64,000 bases of DNA from an uncultured Brevundimonas sp. (GCA_963515305.1 CAUPWX010000012.1:5144-69143), one strand, 5' to 3'; positions 20,655 through 32,036 are shown, numbered from the stretch's first letter. Numbers and translations: made by a program. The notes: generated by a model not told the origin, from the letters alone.

Positions 20655-21818
20655 GTGTCCAAGACGATCCGATCCACCCTGTCCTTCGGCGCCGTGGCCC
20701 TGTCGGCCCTGGCCCTGGCCGCCTGCGGCGGTCACGGCGAGGAAAAGAAGGATGAAAAGGCCGCCGGCGGCTCGCGCCAGACCGTCAGCGCGACCACCGT
20801 CACCCAGACCAATCTGAACCGCACCGTGACCGCATCGGGCACCGTCTCGGCCTGGGAAGAGGTGCCGGTGGCGGCCGAGACGGGCGGGCTGACCGCCGTC
20901 GCCGTGTATGTGGACGAAGGAACCTATGTGCGTCAGGGCCAGCCCCTGGTGCAGATGAACGACGTCCTGCTGCGCGCCCAGCTTCAGCAACAGCAGGCCC
21001 AGGTGCAACTGGCCGAGGCCAATGTGGCGCGCGACGACGCCGCCCTGGACCGGGCCCAGCAGTTGAAGGAACGCGGCTTCCTCAGCCAGGCGTCGCTGGA
21101 CACGGCCCTGGCCAACCAGCGGGCTTCGAACGCCAATCTGGCCGCCGCGCGCGCCACCCTGGCTCAGACCCGCACCCAGCTGTCCCAGGCCACCATCCGC
21201 GCGCCTGTCGGCGGACTGATCATCAGCCGCAGCGTGACCAAGGGCCAGATCATCGCCGCCGGGACCGAACTGTTCCGCATGGTGCGCGACGGCCGGCTGG
21301 AGCTGGACGCCCAGGTGCCCGAGACCGAGCTGACCCTGGTGCGCGCCGGTCAGGCGGCGACCGTGACCTCCAGCGAGGCGGGCCAGACCACCGGCTCGGT
21401 CCGCATCGTGACGCCCGAGGTGAACGCCTCGACCCGGCTGGGTCTGGCGCGCATCTCCCTGTCGCCCGGATCGCAGCTGCGGCCGGGGATGTTCGCGCGC
21501 GCCGACATCGCCGTGGGCGACCAGCCGGCGACCACAGTGCCGACGGGTGCGGTGCTGTATCGCGAGAACAAGCCCGGCGTCTTCGTCCTCAACGGCGACG
21601 GCACGGTGCACTTCCAGCCGGTCACGGTCCTGTCGCGCACCGAGGCTCAGACGGCGGTCAGCGGCGTCAGCGTCGGCGTGCGCGTCGTGGTGGACGGCGC
21701 CGGCTTCCTGAACGAGGGCGACCGCGTCAACGTGGCCCAGTCCGTGGCGAATGCGCCCGCCCAGCCGACTGCCCAGCCGGCTGCACAGCCCGCCGCCCAA
21801 CCGGCCGCGACCAAGTAG
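20655..21818 (+). CDS. RND efflux periplasmic adaptor (lipoprotein)
   Basis: LAAC lipobox, lipoyl halves VDEGTYVRQGQPL / IRAPVGG, LRPGMF. Confidence 0.92.
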   Translation: MSKTIRSTLSFGAVALSALALAACGGHGEEKKDEKAAGGSRQTVSATTVTQTNLNRTVTASGTVSAWEEVPVAAETGGLTAVAVYVDEGTYVRQGQPLVQMNDVLLRAQLQQQQAQVQLAEANVARDDAALDRAQQLKERGFLSQASLDTALANQRASNANLAAARATLAQTRTQLSQATIRAPVGGLIISRSVTKGQIIAAGTELFRMVRDGRLELDAQVPETELTLVRAGQAATVTSSEAGQTTGSVRIVTPEVNASTRLGLARISLSPGSQLRPGMFARADIAVGDQPATTVPTGAVLYRENKPGVFVLNGDGTVHFQPVTVLSRTEAQTAVSGVSVGVRVVVDGAGFLNEGDRVNVAQSVANAPAQPTAQPAAQPAAQPAATK

Positions 21819-21828
21819 GACCGACGCC

Positions 21829-24800
21829 ATGAATCAGATGTCGTCCTGGGCGATCAAGAACCCCATTCCGATCATCCTGCTGTTCCTGCTGCTGACGCTG
21901 GGCGGCGTGGTCGGCTTCACGGGGATGCGGATCAATCAGAACCCCGACATCGACTTCCCCCTGGTGGCGGTCACAGCCGCCCGCCCCGGCTCGGCCCCGG
22001 CCGAGATGGAGGTGCAGGTCACGCGCCTGATCGAGGATTCGCTGGCCGGCCTGTCGGGCGTGCGCCACATCAACTCCAACATCACCGACGGCGTCTCGAC
22101 CACGACCATCGAGTTCGAGCTGGGCACCGACACCGACCGCGCCACCAACGACGTCCGCAACGCCATGACCGGCCTGCGCGCCAGCCTGCCGCAGGATATG
22201 CAGGAACCGGCGGTGCAGCGGATCGACATCACCGGCGACGCCCTGATCACCTATGTCGTGCGCTCTCCGACCATGACGCCGGAACAGATCAGCTGGTTCA
22301 TCGACAACGACGTCAGCCGCGCCCTGCTGGCCCTGGGCGGGGTGGGCGAGGTCAATCGGTCCGGCGGCGTGGACCGCGAAATGCGGGTCGAGCTGGACCC
22401 GCAGCGTCTGGCCGCCTTCGGCGTCACAGCGGCCCAGGTCAGCCAGGCCTTGAACAACGTCAACAACAACCTGCCGGGCGGCCGCGTGACCATCGCCGGG
22501 TCGGAGCGCGCGGTCCGCACCCTGGGCGCCGCCAACTCGGTCGAGCAGCTGCGCGAGACCCTGGTGCCGCTGGGCGACGGCAAGACCGTGCGTCTGGACG
22601 ACCTGGGCACGGTCGAGGACAAGTGGAGCGAGCCGCGCCGTCTGGCCCGCTACAACGGCCAGGAGGCCGTGACCTTCAACTTCCTGCGCTCGCGCTCCGC
22701 CTCCGAGGTCAAGGTCGCCGACCGGGCCCGCGAAGAGGTCAAGAAGCTGGACGACGCCCACCCCGAACTGACCATCAGCCAGGTCACGGCCAGCGTCGAG
22801 CAGATCGAGGAATCCTATTTGGCCTCGCTGGAGGCCCTGCTGCTAGGCGCCGTGCTGGCCGTCATCATCGTCTTCATCTTCCTGCGCGACTGGCGCGCCA
22901 CCTTCATCGCCGCGACCGCCATGCCGATGTCGCTGATCCCCACCTTCGCCATCCTGGGGCCGATGGACCAGTCGCTGAACGTGGTGACGCTGCTGGCCCT
23001 GTCTTTGACCATCGGCATCCTGGTCGACGACGCCATCGTCGAGATCGAGAACATCGTGCGCCATATGCGCGACGGCAAACCGCCCTATGACGCCTCGCTG
23101 GAGGCGGCCGACGAGATCGGTCTGGCGGTCGTGGCCACCACCGCCACCATCGTCGCGGTGTTCGCGCCCGTGGGCTTCATGCCCGGCATCATCGGCCAGT
23201 TCTTCAAGGCCTTCGCCCTGGCGGCCTGCGTCTCCGTGGTCTTCTCGCTGCTGGTGGCGCGCACCCTGACGCCGCTGATGGCGGCCTATATCCTGAAACA
23301 CACCCACCATGAGGACCGCGATCCTTTCTGGATGTCGGGCTATCTGAAGGCGCTGCGCTGGTCGCTGGGCAACCGGTGGAAGGTGTTCGTCATCGGCATC
23401 CTGTTCCTGGTCGCCTCGGTCGGCACGGCCATCGTCGCCAAGATGTCGTTCGAGTTCATGTCGCCGGGCGACACCGCGCGCGCCGCCTTCCAGGTCGAAC
23501 TGCCGCCGGGCGCGACCCTGCGCCAGACCGACGCCGTGGTGCAGCAGGTCACCAAGCGGCTGGAAGCTCGACCCGAAGTCACTTCAGTCTACGCCGCCGT
23601 CGGCGGTCAGGACGTGACCCAGGCCAATGTCTATGCCGACATGGTGCCCAAGGGCGACCGCGACCTGAGCCAGCAGGCCTTCGCCCGCGTCATGGTGGAC
23701 GAGCTGAAACAGATCCCCGGCGCCCGCATCCGCGCCGGCATCGCGCAACAGGGCGGCGGTCCCGGCGACGGCACCAGCTACACCTTCTCGATCCTGAGCG
23801 ACAATCCCGACGCCCTGAACGCCGCGGCGCGCAAGGTCGAGGCCGAGATGCGCGGCGTCCCGGGCCTGGCCAACATCGTCAACTCGGCCGCCATCGCCCG
23901 TCCCGAGATCCTGGTCACGCCGCGCCCCGACGAGGCGGCCCTAGCCGGGGTGTCGGCCGGCGCCATCTCCCAGGCCGTGCGCGTCGCCACCATCGGCGAC
24001 GTGGATCAGAACCTGCCCAAATACAATCTGGGCGACCGCCAGATCCCGATCCGCCTGCAACTGACCGAGGCGGCGCGCGAAGACCTGACCGTGCTGGAGA
24101 ACCTGCGCGTGCCGGCCAACAACGGCGCCTCCGTGCCGCTCAGCGCCGTGGCGGACATCCGTTTCGGCGCCGGCCCCGCCACCGTCAGCCGCCAGGACCG
24201 GTCGCGCATCGCCTCGATCAGCGCCGAACTGGACGGCATCACCACGGGCGCGGCGGGGGCGGCGGTCAACCGCCTGCCCTCGGTCCGGAATCTGCCCGCC
24301 GGGGTGCGCCAGGTGCCGGCCGGCGACGCCGAGTTCATTCAGGAGATGCTGACCGGCTTCGCCATCGCCTTCGCCTCGGGCATTCTGCTGATGTATGCGG
24401 TGCTGACGCTGCTGTTCAAAAGCTTCGCCTATCCGATCACCATCATGGCGGCCCTGCCGCTGGCCATCGGCGGCGCCTTCATCGCCCTGGCCATAGGCGG
24501 CGCCAACTTCTCCATGTCGGCCCTGATCGGAGTGCTGATGCTGATGGGGATCGCGGCCAAGAACTCCATCCTGCTGGTCGACTACGTCATCATGGCCGAA
24601 CGCGAGGGAATGCCCCGGCGCGAGGCCATTCTGGACGCGGCGCACAAGCGCGCCCGACCCATCCTGATGACCACCTTCGCCATGGGGGCGGGCATGGTGC
24701 CCATCGCCCTGGGGGTCGGCGCCGACGTCCAGTTCCGCTCGCCGATGGCCATCGCCGTGCTGGGCGGCCTGATCTCCTCGACCTTCCTGTCCCTGCTCTA

Positions 24801-24921
24801 CATCCCCGCCATCTTCACCATCGTCGACGACTTCGCCGGCTGGGGCCGCCGCATCCTGCACCGCAAGACGGCCGGTCAGCGCGAACTGGCGAAGCCGAGG
24901 GCGGGGTCGGTGGTGGAGTGA
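21829..24921 (+). CDS. RND efflux permease (AcrB/AcrD/AcrF family)
   Basis: [35 protein letters not shown]; start ATG 21829. Confidence 0.95.
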   Translation: MNQMSSWAIKNPIPIILLFLLLTLGGVVGFTGMRINQNPDIDFPLVAVTAARPGSAPAEMEVQVTRLIEDSLAGLSGVRHINSNITDGVSTTTIEFELGTDTDRATNDVRNAMTGLRASLPQDMQEPAVQRIDITGDALITYVVRSPTMTPEQISWFIDNDVSRALLALGGVGEVNRSGGVDREMRVELDPQRLAAFGVTAAQVSQALNNVNNNLPGGRVTIAGSERAVRTLGAANSVEQLRETLVPLGDGKTVRLDDLGTVEDKWSEPRRLARYNGQEAVTFNFLRSRSASEVKVADRAREEVKKLDDAHPELTISQVTASVEQIEESYLASLEALLLGAVLAVIIVFIFLRDWRATFIAATAMPMSLIPTFAILGPMDQSLNVVTLLALSLTIGILVDDAIVEIENIVRHMRDGKPPYDASLEAADEIGLAVVATTATIVAVFAPVGFMPGIIGQFFKAFALAACVSVVFSLLVARTLTPLMAAYILKHTHHEDRDPFWMSGYLKALRWSLGNRWKVFVIGILFLVASVGTAIVAKMSFEFMSPGDTARAAFQVELPPGATLRQTDAVVQQVTKRLEARPEVTSVYAAVGGQDVTQANVYADMVPKGDRDLSQQAFARVMVDELKQIPGARIRAGIAQQGGGPGDGTSYTFSILSDNPDALNAAARKVEAEMRGVPGLANIVNSAAIARPEILVTPRPDEAALAGVSAGAISQAVRVATIGDVDQNLPKYNLGDRQIPIRLQLTEAAREDLTVLENLRVPANNGASVPLSAVADIRFGAGPATVSRQDRSRIASISAELDGITTGAAGAAVNRLPSVRNLPAGVRQVPAGDAEFIQEMLTGFAIAFASGILLMYAVLTLLFKSFAYPITIMAALPLAIGGAFIALAIGGANFSMSALIGVLMLMGIAAKNSILLVDYVIMAEREGMPRREAILDAAHKRARPILMTTFAMGAGMVPIALGVGADVQFRSPMAIAVLGGLISSTFLSLLYIPAIFTIVDDFAGWGRRILHRKTAGQRELAKPRAGSVVE

Positions 24922-24931
24922 GGGAAACGCT

Positions 24932-25153
24932 TTGATCCGCCCACGTCCCAATAAGCTCAGGCTCTTGTTCGTGGCTCTCTACGGTGCCTACGTCCTGATG
25001 AGTCTTTGGCTCTACGGAATTCCGACAAAGGCCTCAGAGGTCATGGCCGTCCTTGTCGTGCCGGGTCTGGCGGCGGCATTTCTGTATTTCTTCTACGGGG
25101 GCGTGCTCTCAAACGCGAAGAAAATGGGCAGAAGGGAGCCTCCTAGGCCATAG
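24932..25153 (+). CDS. Small two-TM hypothetical protein
   Basis: Two hydrophobic helices; TTG start; atypical codon usage. Confidence 0.45.
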   Translation: MIRPRPNKLRLLFVALYGAYVLMSLWLYGIPTKASEVMAVLVVPGLAAAFLYFFYGGVLSNAKKMGRREPPRP

Positions 25154-25220
25154 GTGAGCGGCTGACGGAGACCGGCTAGAAGCCGGGCTGGGTTTAATAG
25201 ATTTGATGCGTACCCAAACA

Positions 25221-25250
25221 AAGGGCCGGCCGGTCGCCCGGTCGGCCCTT
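25221..25250 (-). terminator. Intrinsic terminator of the TonB-dependent receptor gene
   Basis: AAGGGCCGGCCGG-TCGC-CCGGTCGGCCCTT followed by a T-rich tail on the minus strand. Confidence 0.65.
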
Positions 25251-25276
25251 GGTCGTTCAGCCTTGGGGGCTGGCGA

Positions 25277-27925
25277 TCAGTATTTGACCTTCAGCGTCAC
25301 GCCATAGGTGCGCGGGGCGCCGAGGTAGGCGTTGTAGGTCGCCGTGTCGGTGGCCATATTGTAGAAGGTGCCGTCTGCCTGCGGCGTCGTGGTGTTGGTG
25401 AAGGCCGTGCCTTGCAGAGGCGCGGCGAAGCCGACCTGGGTGTATTCTTCCTGCAGCAGGTTCTGGGCCCAGACGTCCAGGGTCCAGCGTTCGTCTTCCG
25501 ACCCGATCGACACCCGGCCGTTGACCACGGTGAAAGCGTCCTGGTTCTTGTAGGGCAGCAGGTCAGAGCCGGTGTTGTATTCGGTCGAATATTTGGCCGA
25601 CAGGTTGAAGCCGCCGCGCAGGCCGCCGCCCAGCGAGCGGTCGAAGGCCAGGGCGCCGGTCAGCGACCATTCCGGGGCGAACGAGGCCCGCGCCCCCGGC
25701 AGCAGGGACAGTTGCGGGAAGCGGCCGGGGCTGGACAGGTCGCCGGCGCCGAAGTTTCCGTATTTGGCGTCGGTGTAGGTCACGCCGCCCTGGAAGCTGA
25801 GGCCCTCGACAGGGGTGAACCAGACCATGTCGGCGTCGACGCCGCGCGAGGTCAGTTCGGGGATCGATTCCACCACGAAGGCGGTGCCCAGGAAGGTGTT
25901 CAGCTGGAAGTTCTCGAACTTCTGGTCGAAGTAGGTGACGTTCAGCAGCATGGTGCGGTTGAACAGGGTCGTCTTGGCCCCGACTTCGTAGCTGTCGACC
26001 GTCTCGGCCTTGAAGAACAGCGAGGCGTCCGGCGTCACGCCCGTCTGCACCCGGTCCATGTTGTAGCCCGCGCCCTTGTAGCCTCGCGCATAGGAGCCAT
26101 AGACCATGATCGAGGGGTTGAAGCGGTAGGACGCCTTGATCGTGCCCGACAGGTCGGTGTCGCTGAACTTCTCCTGGATGCGACGGCCGTCATAGAGCGG
26201 GTTCGACCAGGGCAGGCACAGCAGACCCAGGGCCGCAGCCGGCGTCGCCACGGTGCCGGGCAGACGGTTGGCGGGGTTCTGGTTGGCCAGGGCGCCGCCG
26301 CAGGCCGCCCCATTGGTCCCCAGATTGTCCTGCACGCCCAGCAGACGTTTGCTGTCATAGGTGTAGCGCAGGCCCAGGTTGATGTCGAAGGCCTCGGTCA
26401 CCCGATAGGTGTTGTTGGTGAAGACCGCGACCGATTCCGAACGCTGGCTGTAGTGGTCTTCATAGGCCTTGCCTACGCCGAAGGTCGGGGCGGTCGGGCT
26501 GGGCGGCGCCAGGCCCAGGACGCACAGCGGCTGGCCCAGCAGCGGGCCGGACGTGCCGACCGCAAAGCCCTGCGGATTGGTGAAGCAGCCCGTGCGCGAC
26601 GGGCTGGGCCCGCCGAAGGCCGCCGGAACCGTCGCCGTCAGCAGGAAGGAGGCGAAGGCGTTGTAGTCCGAGCCATAGACGTAGCTGTCGTCGCGATAGA
26701 CGCCTTCCTTGGTGGCGAACAGGCCGACCAGCCAGTCGAACTTGTCCGTCGTGCCGGCCAGGCGGAATTCCTGGGTCAGGTTGTCGACGCCGTAGCCGTT
26801 GGAGCCGTCGTTGGCGCGGTACAGGATGTCGGCGCCGGTGTAATCGACGTCCATCCCCTGCTGGAACGACCAGTCGCGGAACGAGGTCTGGGACGTCAGG
26901 GTGGCGTTGATGCTGGGGAAGTCGATCGTCGCTTCCGCCGACAGACCCATGTCCTCGATCTCTTGCGGCGTCTCGCGGTTGGCGTAGGCCAGGCGTGAGA
27001 AGGGCACGGGGCCGAAGCCGGCGGCGGGCGGGGTCTGGCCCGGACCGTTGGGGGCCGTCAGGGCGGCGATGAAGGCCTGGGACGGGCCGACGCGGGTCTG
27101 GACTGCGGCGCAGCAGAACTCGTCGCGTTTGGTGTAGTCCGCGATCAGGCGGATGGAGGTGTTGTCGTTGGGCAGGATCAGCAGCTGGCCGCGCCCGGTC
27201 CAGTAGTCCTGGGTGTTGTCGTCGCTGCGGCTGTTGGGGCCGTCGCCGTTGTTGACGTCGTAGAAGCCGTCGCGTTCGCGGTGGGCCACGAACAGGCGGC
27301 CGGCGATCATGTCGCTGAGCGGGCCGGTGACCGAGACGGAGCCGCCGATGGCGCCGAAGTTACCGCCGGTGATCTCACCCGAGATCGACGGATCGAACGA
27401 CGGGCGTTCGGTGATGATGTTGATGACGCCCGCCGAGGTGTTCTTGCCGAACAGGGTGCCCTGCGGTCCCTTCAGAACCTCGATGCGGCTCAGTTCGCCC
27501 AGGTCGCCGAAGCCGACCGAGTTGCGCGAGCGATAGACGCCGTCGATCACCACGCCAACCGAGCTTTCCAGGCCGGGGTTGTCGCCCACGGTGCCGGCGC
27601 CGCGGATGCGGACGGTGGTCGAGGCTTCCGACTGGGTCGAGGTGACGGTCATGCCCGGCGTCAGGATCTGCAGATCCTTGATGTCCTGTACGCCCGCGCC
27701 GTCCAGCAGTTCCTGCGACAGGGTCGTGACCACGATCGGCACGTCCTGCAGGCTCTGCTCGCGCTTCTGGGCCGTGACGATGATGTCGTCGACGGTGGCC
27801 GGCGCTTCCTGCGCGGCGGCGACGCCCGCAAAGCCCCCGACGAAGCCAAAGACGGCGGCGCCGATGACGGCGCCAATTATTGCGGGGGCGGACACAGTGG
27901 TCCTGAGGTGAAGATTTCGGCGCAT
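25277..27925 (-). CDS. TonB-dependent receptor
   Basis: TonB box DIIVTAQKR, plug IEVLKGPQGTLFGKN, terminal PRTYGVTLKVKY. Confidence 0.95.
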   Translation of the reverse strand: MRRNLHLRTTVSAPAIIGAVIGAAVFGFVGGFAGVAAAQEAPATVDDIIVTAQKREQSLQDVPIVVTTLSQELLDGAGVQDIKDLQILTPGMTVTSTQSEASTTVRIRGAGTVGDNPGLESSVGVVIDGVYRSRNSVGFGDLGELSRIEVLKGPQGTLFGKNTSAGVINIITERPSFDPSISGEITGGNFGAIGGSVSVTGPLSDMIAGRLFVAHRERDGFYDVNNGDGPNSRSDDNTQDYWTGRGQLLILPNDNTSIRLIADYTKRDEFCCAAVQTRVGPSQAFIAALTAPNGPGQTPPAAGFGPVPFSRLAYANRETPQEIEDMGLSAEATIDFPSINATLTSQTSFRDWSFQQGMDVDYTGADILYRANDGSNGYGVDNLTQEFRLAGTTDKFDWLVGLFATKEGVYRDDSYVYGSDYNAFASFLLTATVPAAFGGPSPSRTGCFTNPQGFAVGTSGPLLGQPLCVLGLAPPSPTAPTFGVGKAYEDHYSQRSESVAVFTNNTYRVTEAFDINLGLRYTYDSKRLLGVQDNLGTNGAACGGALANQNPANRLPGTVATPAAALGLLCLPWSNPLYDGRRIQEKFSDTDLSGTIKASYRFNPSIMVYGSYARGYKGAGYNMDRVQTGVTPDASLFFKAETVDSYEVGAKTTLFNRTMLLNVTYFDQKFENFQLNTFLGTAFVVESIPELTSRGVDADMVWFTPVEGLSFQGGVTYTDAKYGNFGAGDLSSPGRFPQLSLLPGARASFAPEWSLTGALAFDRSLGGGLRGGFNLSAKYSTEYNTGSDLLPYKNQDAFTVVNGRVSIGSEDERWTLDVWAQNLLQEEYTQVGFAAPLQGTAFTNTTTPQADGTFYNMATDTATYNAYLGAPRTYGVTLKVKY

Positions 27926-28133
27926 AGGCGTCCTCCCGGCTTGAAGCGGTGACCGCGCCAGGCGATCACGGCGTTTCCTGTTCCCATCGACGCCCCTCTA
28001 CGTGGAGAGACGTTCAGTAAGGCGAAGGCTAAGCCCGCTTCGGCTTCAGCCACAAGCGAGCGTTGTTACCCGCGACGATTTTTCGCCGCAGATTCGCCTT
28101 TGTGTGTCGAGGAAGCGACAGAAAACCCTGACG

Positions 28134-29378
28134 CTAGGTCAGTTTTTGCCCGGTTTTCGGGCCGATCGGCTCGACTTCGGGCTTGAGCGCGACCGGGTCG
28201 ATCTGGCGCCGACGCCCGGCCAGACCCAGGACCAGGGCCGCCGCCACGGCCGACAGGATGGATCCGCCGATGACGCCCAGCTTGACCTCGACCTGTTCAG
28301 GGCTGTCCACCGCGCCGGGGAAGGCCAGCACGCCGATGAACAGGCTCATGGTGAAGCCCACGCCGCACAGCAGCGAAACGCCATACACCTGCAGCCAGCT
28401 GGCGTCGGTCGGGCGGGCGCCGATCTTCAGCGCCGAGGCCAGCCAGGCGGCGCCAAACACGCCGATCTGCTTGCCGAAGAACAGGCCCAGGGCGATGGCG
28501 ATGACCAGGGGCGCGAAGGCCTGATCCATAGACAGGCCGGCGAACGACACGCCGGCCTTAGCGAAGGCGAACAGCGGCAGGACCAGGAAGGCGTTCCACG
28601 GGTGCAGGTCGTGGATCGCCTCCTTCAGCGGGCTCTGGCCGTCCTCGACCCGCCCCTTGATCGGCACGATCATCGCAAAGGCCACGGCGGTCAGGGAGGT
28701 GCTGAGGCCCGACAGGACCGTCAGATACCAGACCAGGGCAAAGCCCAGCACCCAGAAGGGGGCCGGAATGCGGAAGCTGTGGGCGGCGATGGCGCCCACG
28801 ATCAGGGCGGCGGCGGCCCACAGCAGCGGAAGCCAGTTGGCGCCCTCGCTGAACAGCACGGCGATCAGGGCGATGGCCCCCAGGTCATCGACGATGGCCA
28901 GGGTCAGCAGGAACACCCGCAGCGACGACGGCAGCCCCTTGCCCACGAAGCCGAAGATGGCCAGGGCGAAGGCGATGTCGGTGGCCAGCGGAATGGGCCA
29001 GCCCTGATGCGGCGCGCCGATCATGCCGGACAACAGCAGATAGACCGCCGCCGGCCCGACCATGCCGCCCAGGGCCGCCAGGACGGGGGTCGCCAGCTTC
29101 CTCGGATCGCTGAGTTCGCCGCGCACGATCTCGTATTTGATCTCCATCCCCACCACGAGGAAGAAGATCGCCATCAGCCCCTCCTTGATCCAGTCGGAGA
29201 TGGATTCCTGCAGCCGGATCGGGCCGATCTGCACCACGTGATAGCTTTTCAGCCAGGTGAAATAGTCGCCCGCCCAGGGCGAGTTGGCGACGGCCACCGC
29301 GGCGATGGCGGCCAGGGCCAGAGCCGAGCCGGAGGCGGCCTCGGTCTTGAGGAAGTCGAGCGTCAGTTTGCGCGCCAC
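28134..29378 (-). CDS. nhaA: Na+/H+ antiporter NhaA
   Basis: GWPIPLATDIAFA, LAIVDDLGAI, GKQIG, LCGVGFTMSLFI. Confidence 0.95.
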   Translation of the reverse strand: MARKLTLDFLKTEAASGSALALAAIAAVAVANSPWAGDYFTWLKSYHVVQIGPIRLQESISDWIKEGLMAIFFLVVGMEIKYEIVRGELSDPRKLATPVLAALGGMVGPAAVYLLLSGMIGAPHQGWPIPLATDIAFALAIFGFVGKGLPSSLRVFLLTLAIVDDLGAIALIAVLFSEGANWLPLLWAAAALIVGAIAAHSFRIPAPFWVLGFALVWYLTVLSGLSTSLTAVAFAMIVPIKGRVEDGQSPLKEAIHDLHPWNAFLVLPLFAFAKAGVSFAGLSMDQAFAPLVIAIALGLFFGKQIGVFGAAWLASALKIGARPTDASWLQVYGVSLLCGVGFTMSLFIGVLAFPGAVDSPEQVEVKLGVIGGSILSAVAAALVLGLAGRRRQIDPVALKPEVEPIGPKTGQKLT

Positions 29379-29409
29379 GGCGGCTCTCCGTTTGGAAACG
29401 AGGATTGCT

Positions 29410-29510
29410 GTCGTGACGCCAGGTTATCGACGGGCGTCGGACCGGATTCGCCCCCGCGCAATGACGCGAGACGCCGGCCTGGCCGACCGCGACGAACGCC
29501 GCACGACCTG
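29410..29510 (-). ncRNA. Structured nhaA leader; candidate nhaA-type (Li+/Na+) riboswitch
   Basis: Nested helices GCCAGG/CCTGGC and GGCGTC/GACGCC in the 5' UTR of nhaA; family assignment by context only. Confidence 0.45.
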
Positions 29511-29627
29511 ATCTCTGGGCGCAATAATACGGCTCCACGCTCAAGGTTCAACCAAAACCGGCCTTTTTCGAACCAGGACGCAGGCGCGGCGGTTGCGCTT
29601 TTGCGGCGCGAAACGCACCTAGCGGCC

Positions 29628-31070
29628 ATGCCCGTGTCCCCCGACTATCGCCCCGAACCCCGTTTCTTCGACCTGGGGCCGGACTATGCCGATGCGGTTC
29701 AGGCCGCCGCCTTCCCGCAGACCATCCTGCGCTTTCGCAACGACCGCGCCGCCGCCGAGGTTGGGCTGGAGGGTCTGAGCGAGGCCGAATGGATCGCCGC
29801 CTTCGGCCGGTTCGACCCCCTGCCTGGCCAGCCCGGTCCGCTGGCCATGCGCTATCACGGACATCAGTTCCGCCAGTACAATCCCGATCTGGGCGACGGG
29901 CGCGGGTTCCTGGCGGCGCAGATGCGGGAGACGCCGCGCGGTCAAGCCGCGAGCGATAGCGCTCCAGGGAGATTGCTGGACCTGGGAACCAAGGGTTCGG
30001 GCCAGACGCCGTGGTCGCGCGGCGGCGACGGGCGGCTGACGCTGAAGGGCGGGGTGCGCGAGGTGCTGGCCGCCACGATGCTGGAGGCCCTGGGCGTGCC
30101 CACCAGCCGCGCCTTTTCCTTGATCGAAACGGGCGAGGCGCTGGAGCGCGGCGACGAACCATCGCCGACCCGTTCCGCCGTGCTGGTGCGGCTGTCGCAC
30201 AGCCACGTCCGCTTCGGCACGTTCCAGCGCGCCGCCTATCTGAACCGGCCCGACCAGATCGAGGCGCTGATCGAACACGTCCGCAGCCTGTATCATCCGT
30301 CGGTCGCGCCGGGCGACGTCCCCGGCCTGATGCGGGCGATCACTGAGGCCTCCGCCCGGCTGACTGCGCGCTGGGTGGCGGCGGGCTTCGTGCACGGGGT
30401 GCTGAACACCGACAATCTGAACGTGACGGGCGAAAGCTTCGACTATGGGCCGTGGCGGTTCCTGCCCGCGTATCAGCCCGCCTTCACCGCCGCCTATTTC
30501 GATCACGGCGGCCTCTACGCCTTCGCGCGTCAGCCGGAGGCGGTGTTCTGGAACCTGACGCAGCTGGCCAGTTGCCTGGCCGTGGTGTCCGATCCAAAGA
30601 CGCTGGCCGACGCCCTGAACGGGTTCGGCCCGGCCTATATCCGCGAACTGCGCGCCGCCTTCCTGATGCGGCTGGGCGTGCAAAGCCTGGGCGAGGCGGC
30701 GGACCAGCGGCTGGTGGATACGACTCTGGCCCTGTTGCGTGAAGGCGGCGAGGCGATGCGGTGGGAGCCGCTGTTCTTCGACTGGTTCGGCGGCTTCGCC
30801 TCCTCGGCCCGCGCCCTGTCGGGACCGCGCGCGAAACTGTATCAGGGCGAGGCCTTCGACGCCTTCCGCTTCGCCTTGATGGAGCATGAACCCGACCGGA
30901 TCGAGCGGCTGGAGCATCCGATGTTCGCCGCACGTGAACCGGAGGAGATGCTGATCGACGAGGTCGAGGCGATCTGGGCCGCCATCGCGACCGACGACGA
31001 CTGGACGCCCTTCCACGCCAAGCTGGATCGGCTGGAAGCAGCGCGCACCGCCTGGGACTTCGGCGCCTGA
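29628..31070 (+). CDS. selO: Protein adenylyltransferase SelO (YdiU)
   Basis: YHGHQF...LGDGRG, KGSGQTPWSRGGDGR, GFVHGVLNTDN, DYGPW; start ATG 29628. Confidence 0.93.
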   Translation: MPVSPDYRPEPRFFDLGPDYADAVQAAAFPQTILRFRNDRAAAEVGLEGLSEAEWIAAFGRFDPLPGQPGPLAMRYHGHQFRQYNPDLGDGRGFLAAQMRETPRGQAASDSAPGRLLDLGTKGSGQTPWSRGGDGRLTLKGGVREVLAATMLEALGVPTSRAFSLIETGEALERGDEPSPTRSAVLVRLSHSHVRFGTFQRAAYLNRPDQIEALIEHVRSLYHPSVAPGDVPGLMRAITEASARLTARWVAAGFVHGVLNTDNLNVTGESFDYGPWRFLPAYQPAFTAAYFDHGGLYAFARQPEAVFWNLTQLASCLAVVSDPKTLADALNGFGPAYIRELRAAFLMRLGVQSLGEAADQRLVDTTLALLREGGEAMRWEPLFFDWFGGFASSARALSGPRAKLYQGEAFDAFRFALMEHEPDRIERLEHPMFAAREPEEMLIDEVEAIWAAIATDDDWTPFHAKLDRLEAARTAWDFGA

Positions 31071-31192
31071 GAACGAACCTTGCGAAAGCTTCATCTCGTT
31101 TATCGATAATTTTCTTGTCCGCTTTTCGATAAATCCATATCGATAGTCGTGACGGCGCTGCGGAGGGCGGCGCTTTGGAAGGGATTATCGAA

Positions 31193-31720
31193 ATGCGCCT
31201 GATCGGCCAATATTCCATCGCCAGCGGGCTGCGCTGGGTGCTGGGCCTGTTCAATGTGTTCGTCACCATCGGGGCGATCGCCGTCGGCGCGGCCTTGATC
31301 GCCAGCCTGGTCGCGCCCAGCTTCGGCGCCGGCCTGATGGACGGGCTGCGCGGCGTGGCCGTCGATCCCGACGCGCCGTTCGAGATCACCGGCCGCCTGA
31401 CGCTGGTCGGCGCCTTCTTGGCCTGCGGCTTCACCTGGTGGATCATCAACCGCCTGCGCCGCATCCTGCTGTCGGTGAACCGGGGCGACGCCTTCGAAAT
31501 CGCCAACGTCAAACGGCTCCAGGCCGTGGGCTTCGGCTTGATCGGCATCCAGCTGACGGCCGTGATGCTGGCCATCGTCGCGCCCCAGGCCATCGGCCAG
31601 TCGGCCTCAGACTACGACTTCAGCCTGGGATCGTGGCTGGGCATTCTGGTCGTCTTCATCCTGGCCGAGGTGTTTCGTCAGGGCTCGGCCATGCGCGACG
31701 AACAGATGACGACGGTCTGA
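31193..31720 (+). CDS. DUF2975 family membrane protein
   Basis: GDAFEIANVKRL and LAEVFRQGSAMRDEQMTTV; typical pairing with downstream HTH. Confidence 0.85.
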   Translation: MRLIGQYSIASGLRWVLGLFNVFVTIGAIAVGAALIASLVAPSFGAGLMDGLRGVAVDPDAPFEITGRLTLVGAFLACGFTWWIINRLRRILLSVNRGDAFEIANVKRLQAVGFGLIGIQLTAVMLAIVAPQAIGQSASDYDFSLGSWLGILVVFILAEVFRQGSAMRDEQMTTV

Positions 31721-31728
31721 GGCGCGCC

Positions 31729-31950
31729 ATGATCCTGATCCGACTGGACCGCCTGCTGCTGGAACGGCGGATGTCCCTGACCGAACTGTCCGACCGCGTG
31801 GGGGTGACGATGGCCAATCTGTCGATCCTGAAGACCGGCAAGGCCCGCGCCGTGCGCTTCTCCACCCTGGACGCCCTGTGCCGCGAACTGGACTGCCAGC
31901 CCGGCGACCTGATCGCCCATGCGCCGGGGCCACAGTCGGACGGGGATTAG
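31729..31950 (+). CDS. YozG-like Cro/CI HTH regulator
   Basis: RLDRLLLERRMSLTELSDRVGVTMANLSILKTGKARAVRFSTL...CQPGDLI. Confidence 0.9.
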   Translation: MILIRLDRLLLERRMSLTELSDRVGVTMANLSILKTGKARAVRFSTLDALCRELDCQPGDLIAHAPGPQSDGD

Positions 31951-32036
31951 GGCGGCGACTATCCATCCGTGTTCCGTTGCATAGTCGGCGCGAATCGGGT
32001 CAAGCGCGCCGCCCCTTCGGCTGGCTGAAACAATAA

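Noticed and set aside
21756..21810. (AQP[T/A])x4 tandem repeat at the end of the RND adaptor
   Set aside because: Ordinary low-complexity disordered tail
28002..31070. 1022-aa ORF suggesting a large SelO fusion
   Set aside because: The first ~540 codons are largely the antisense of nhaA and its leader; SelO similarity starts at ATG 29628
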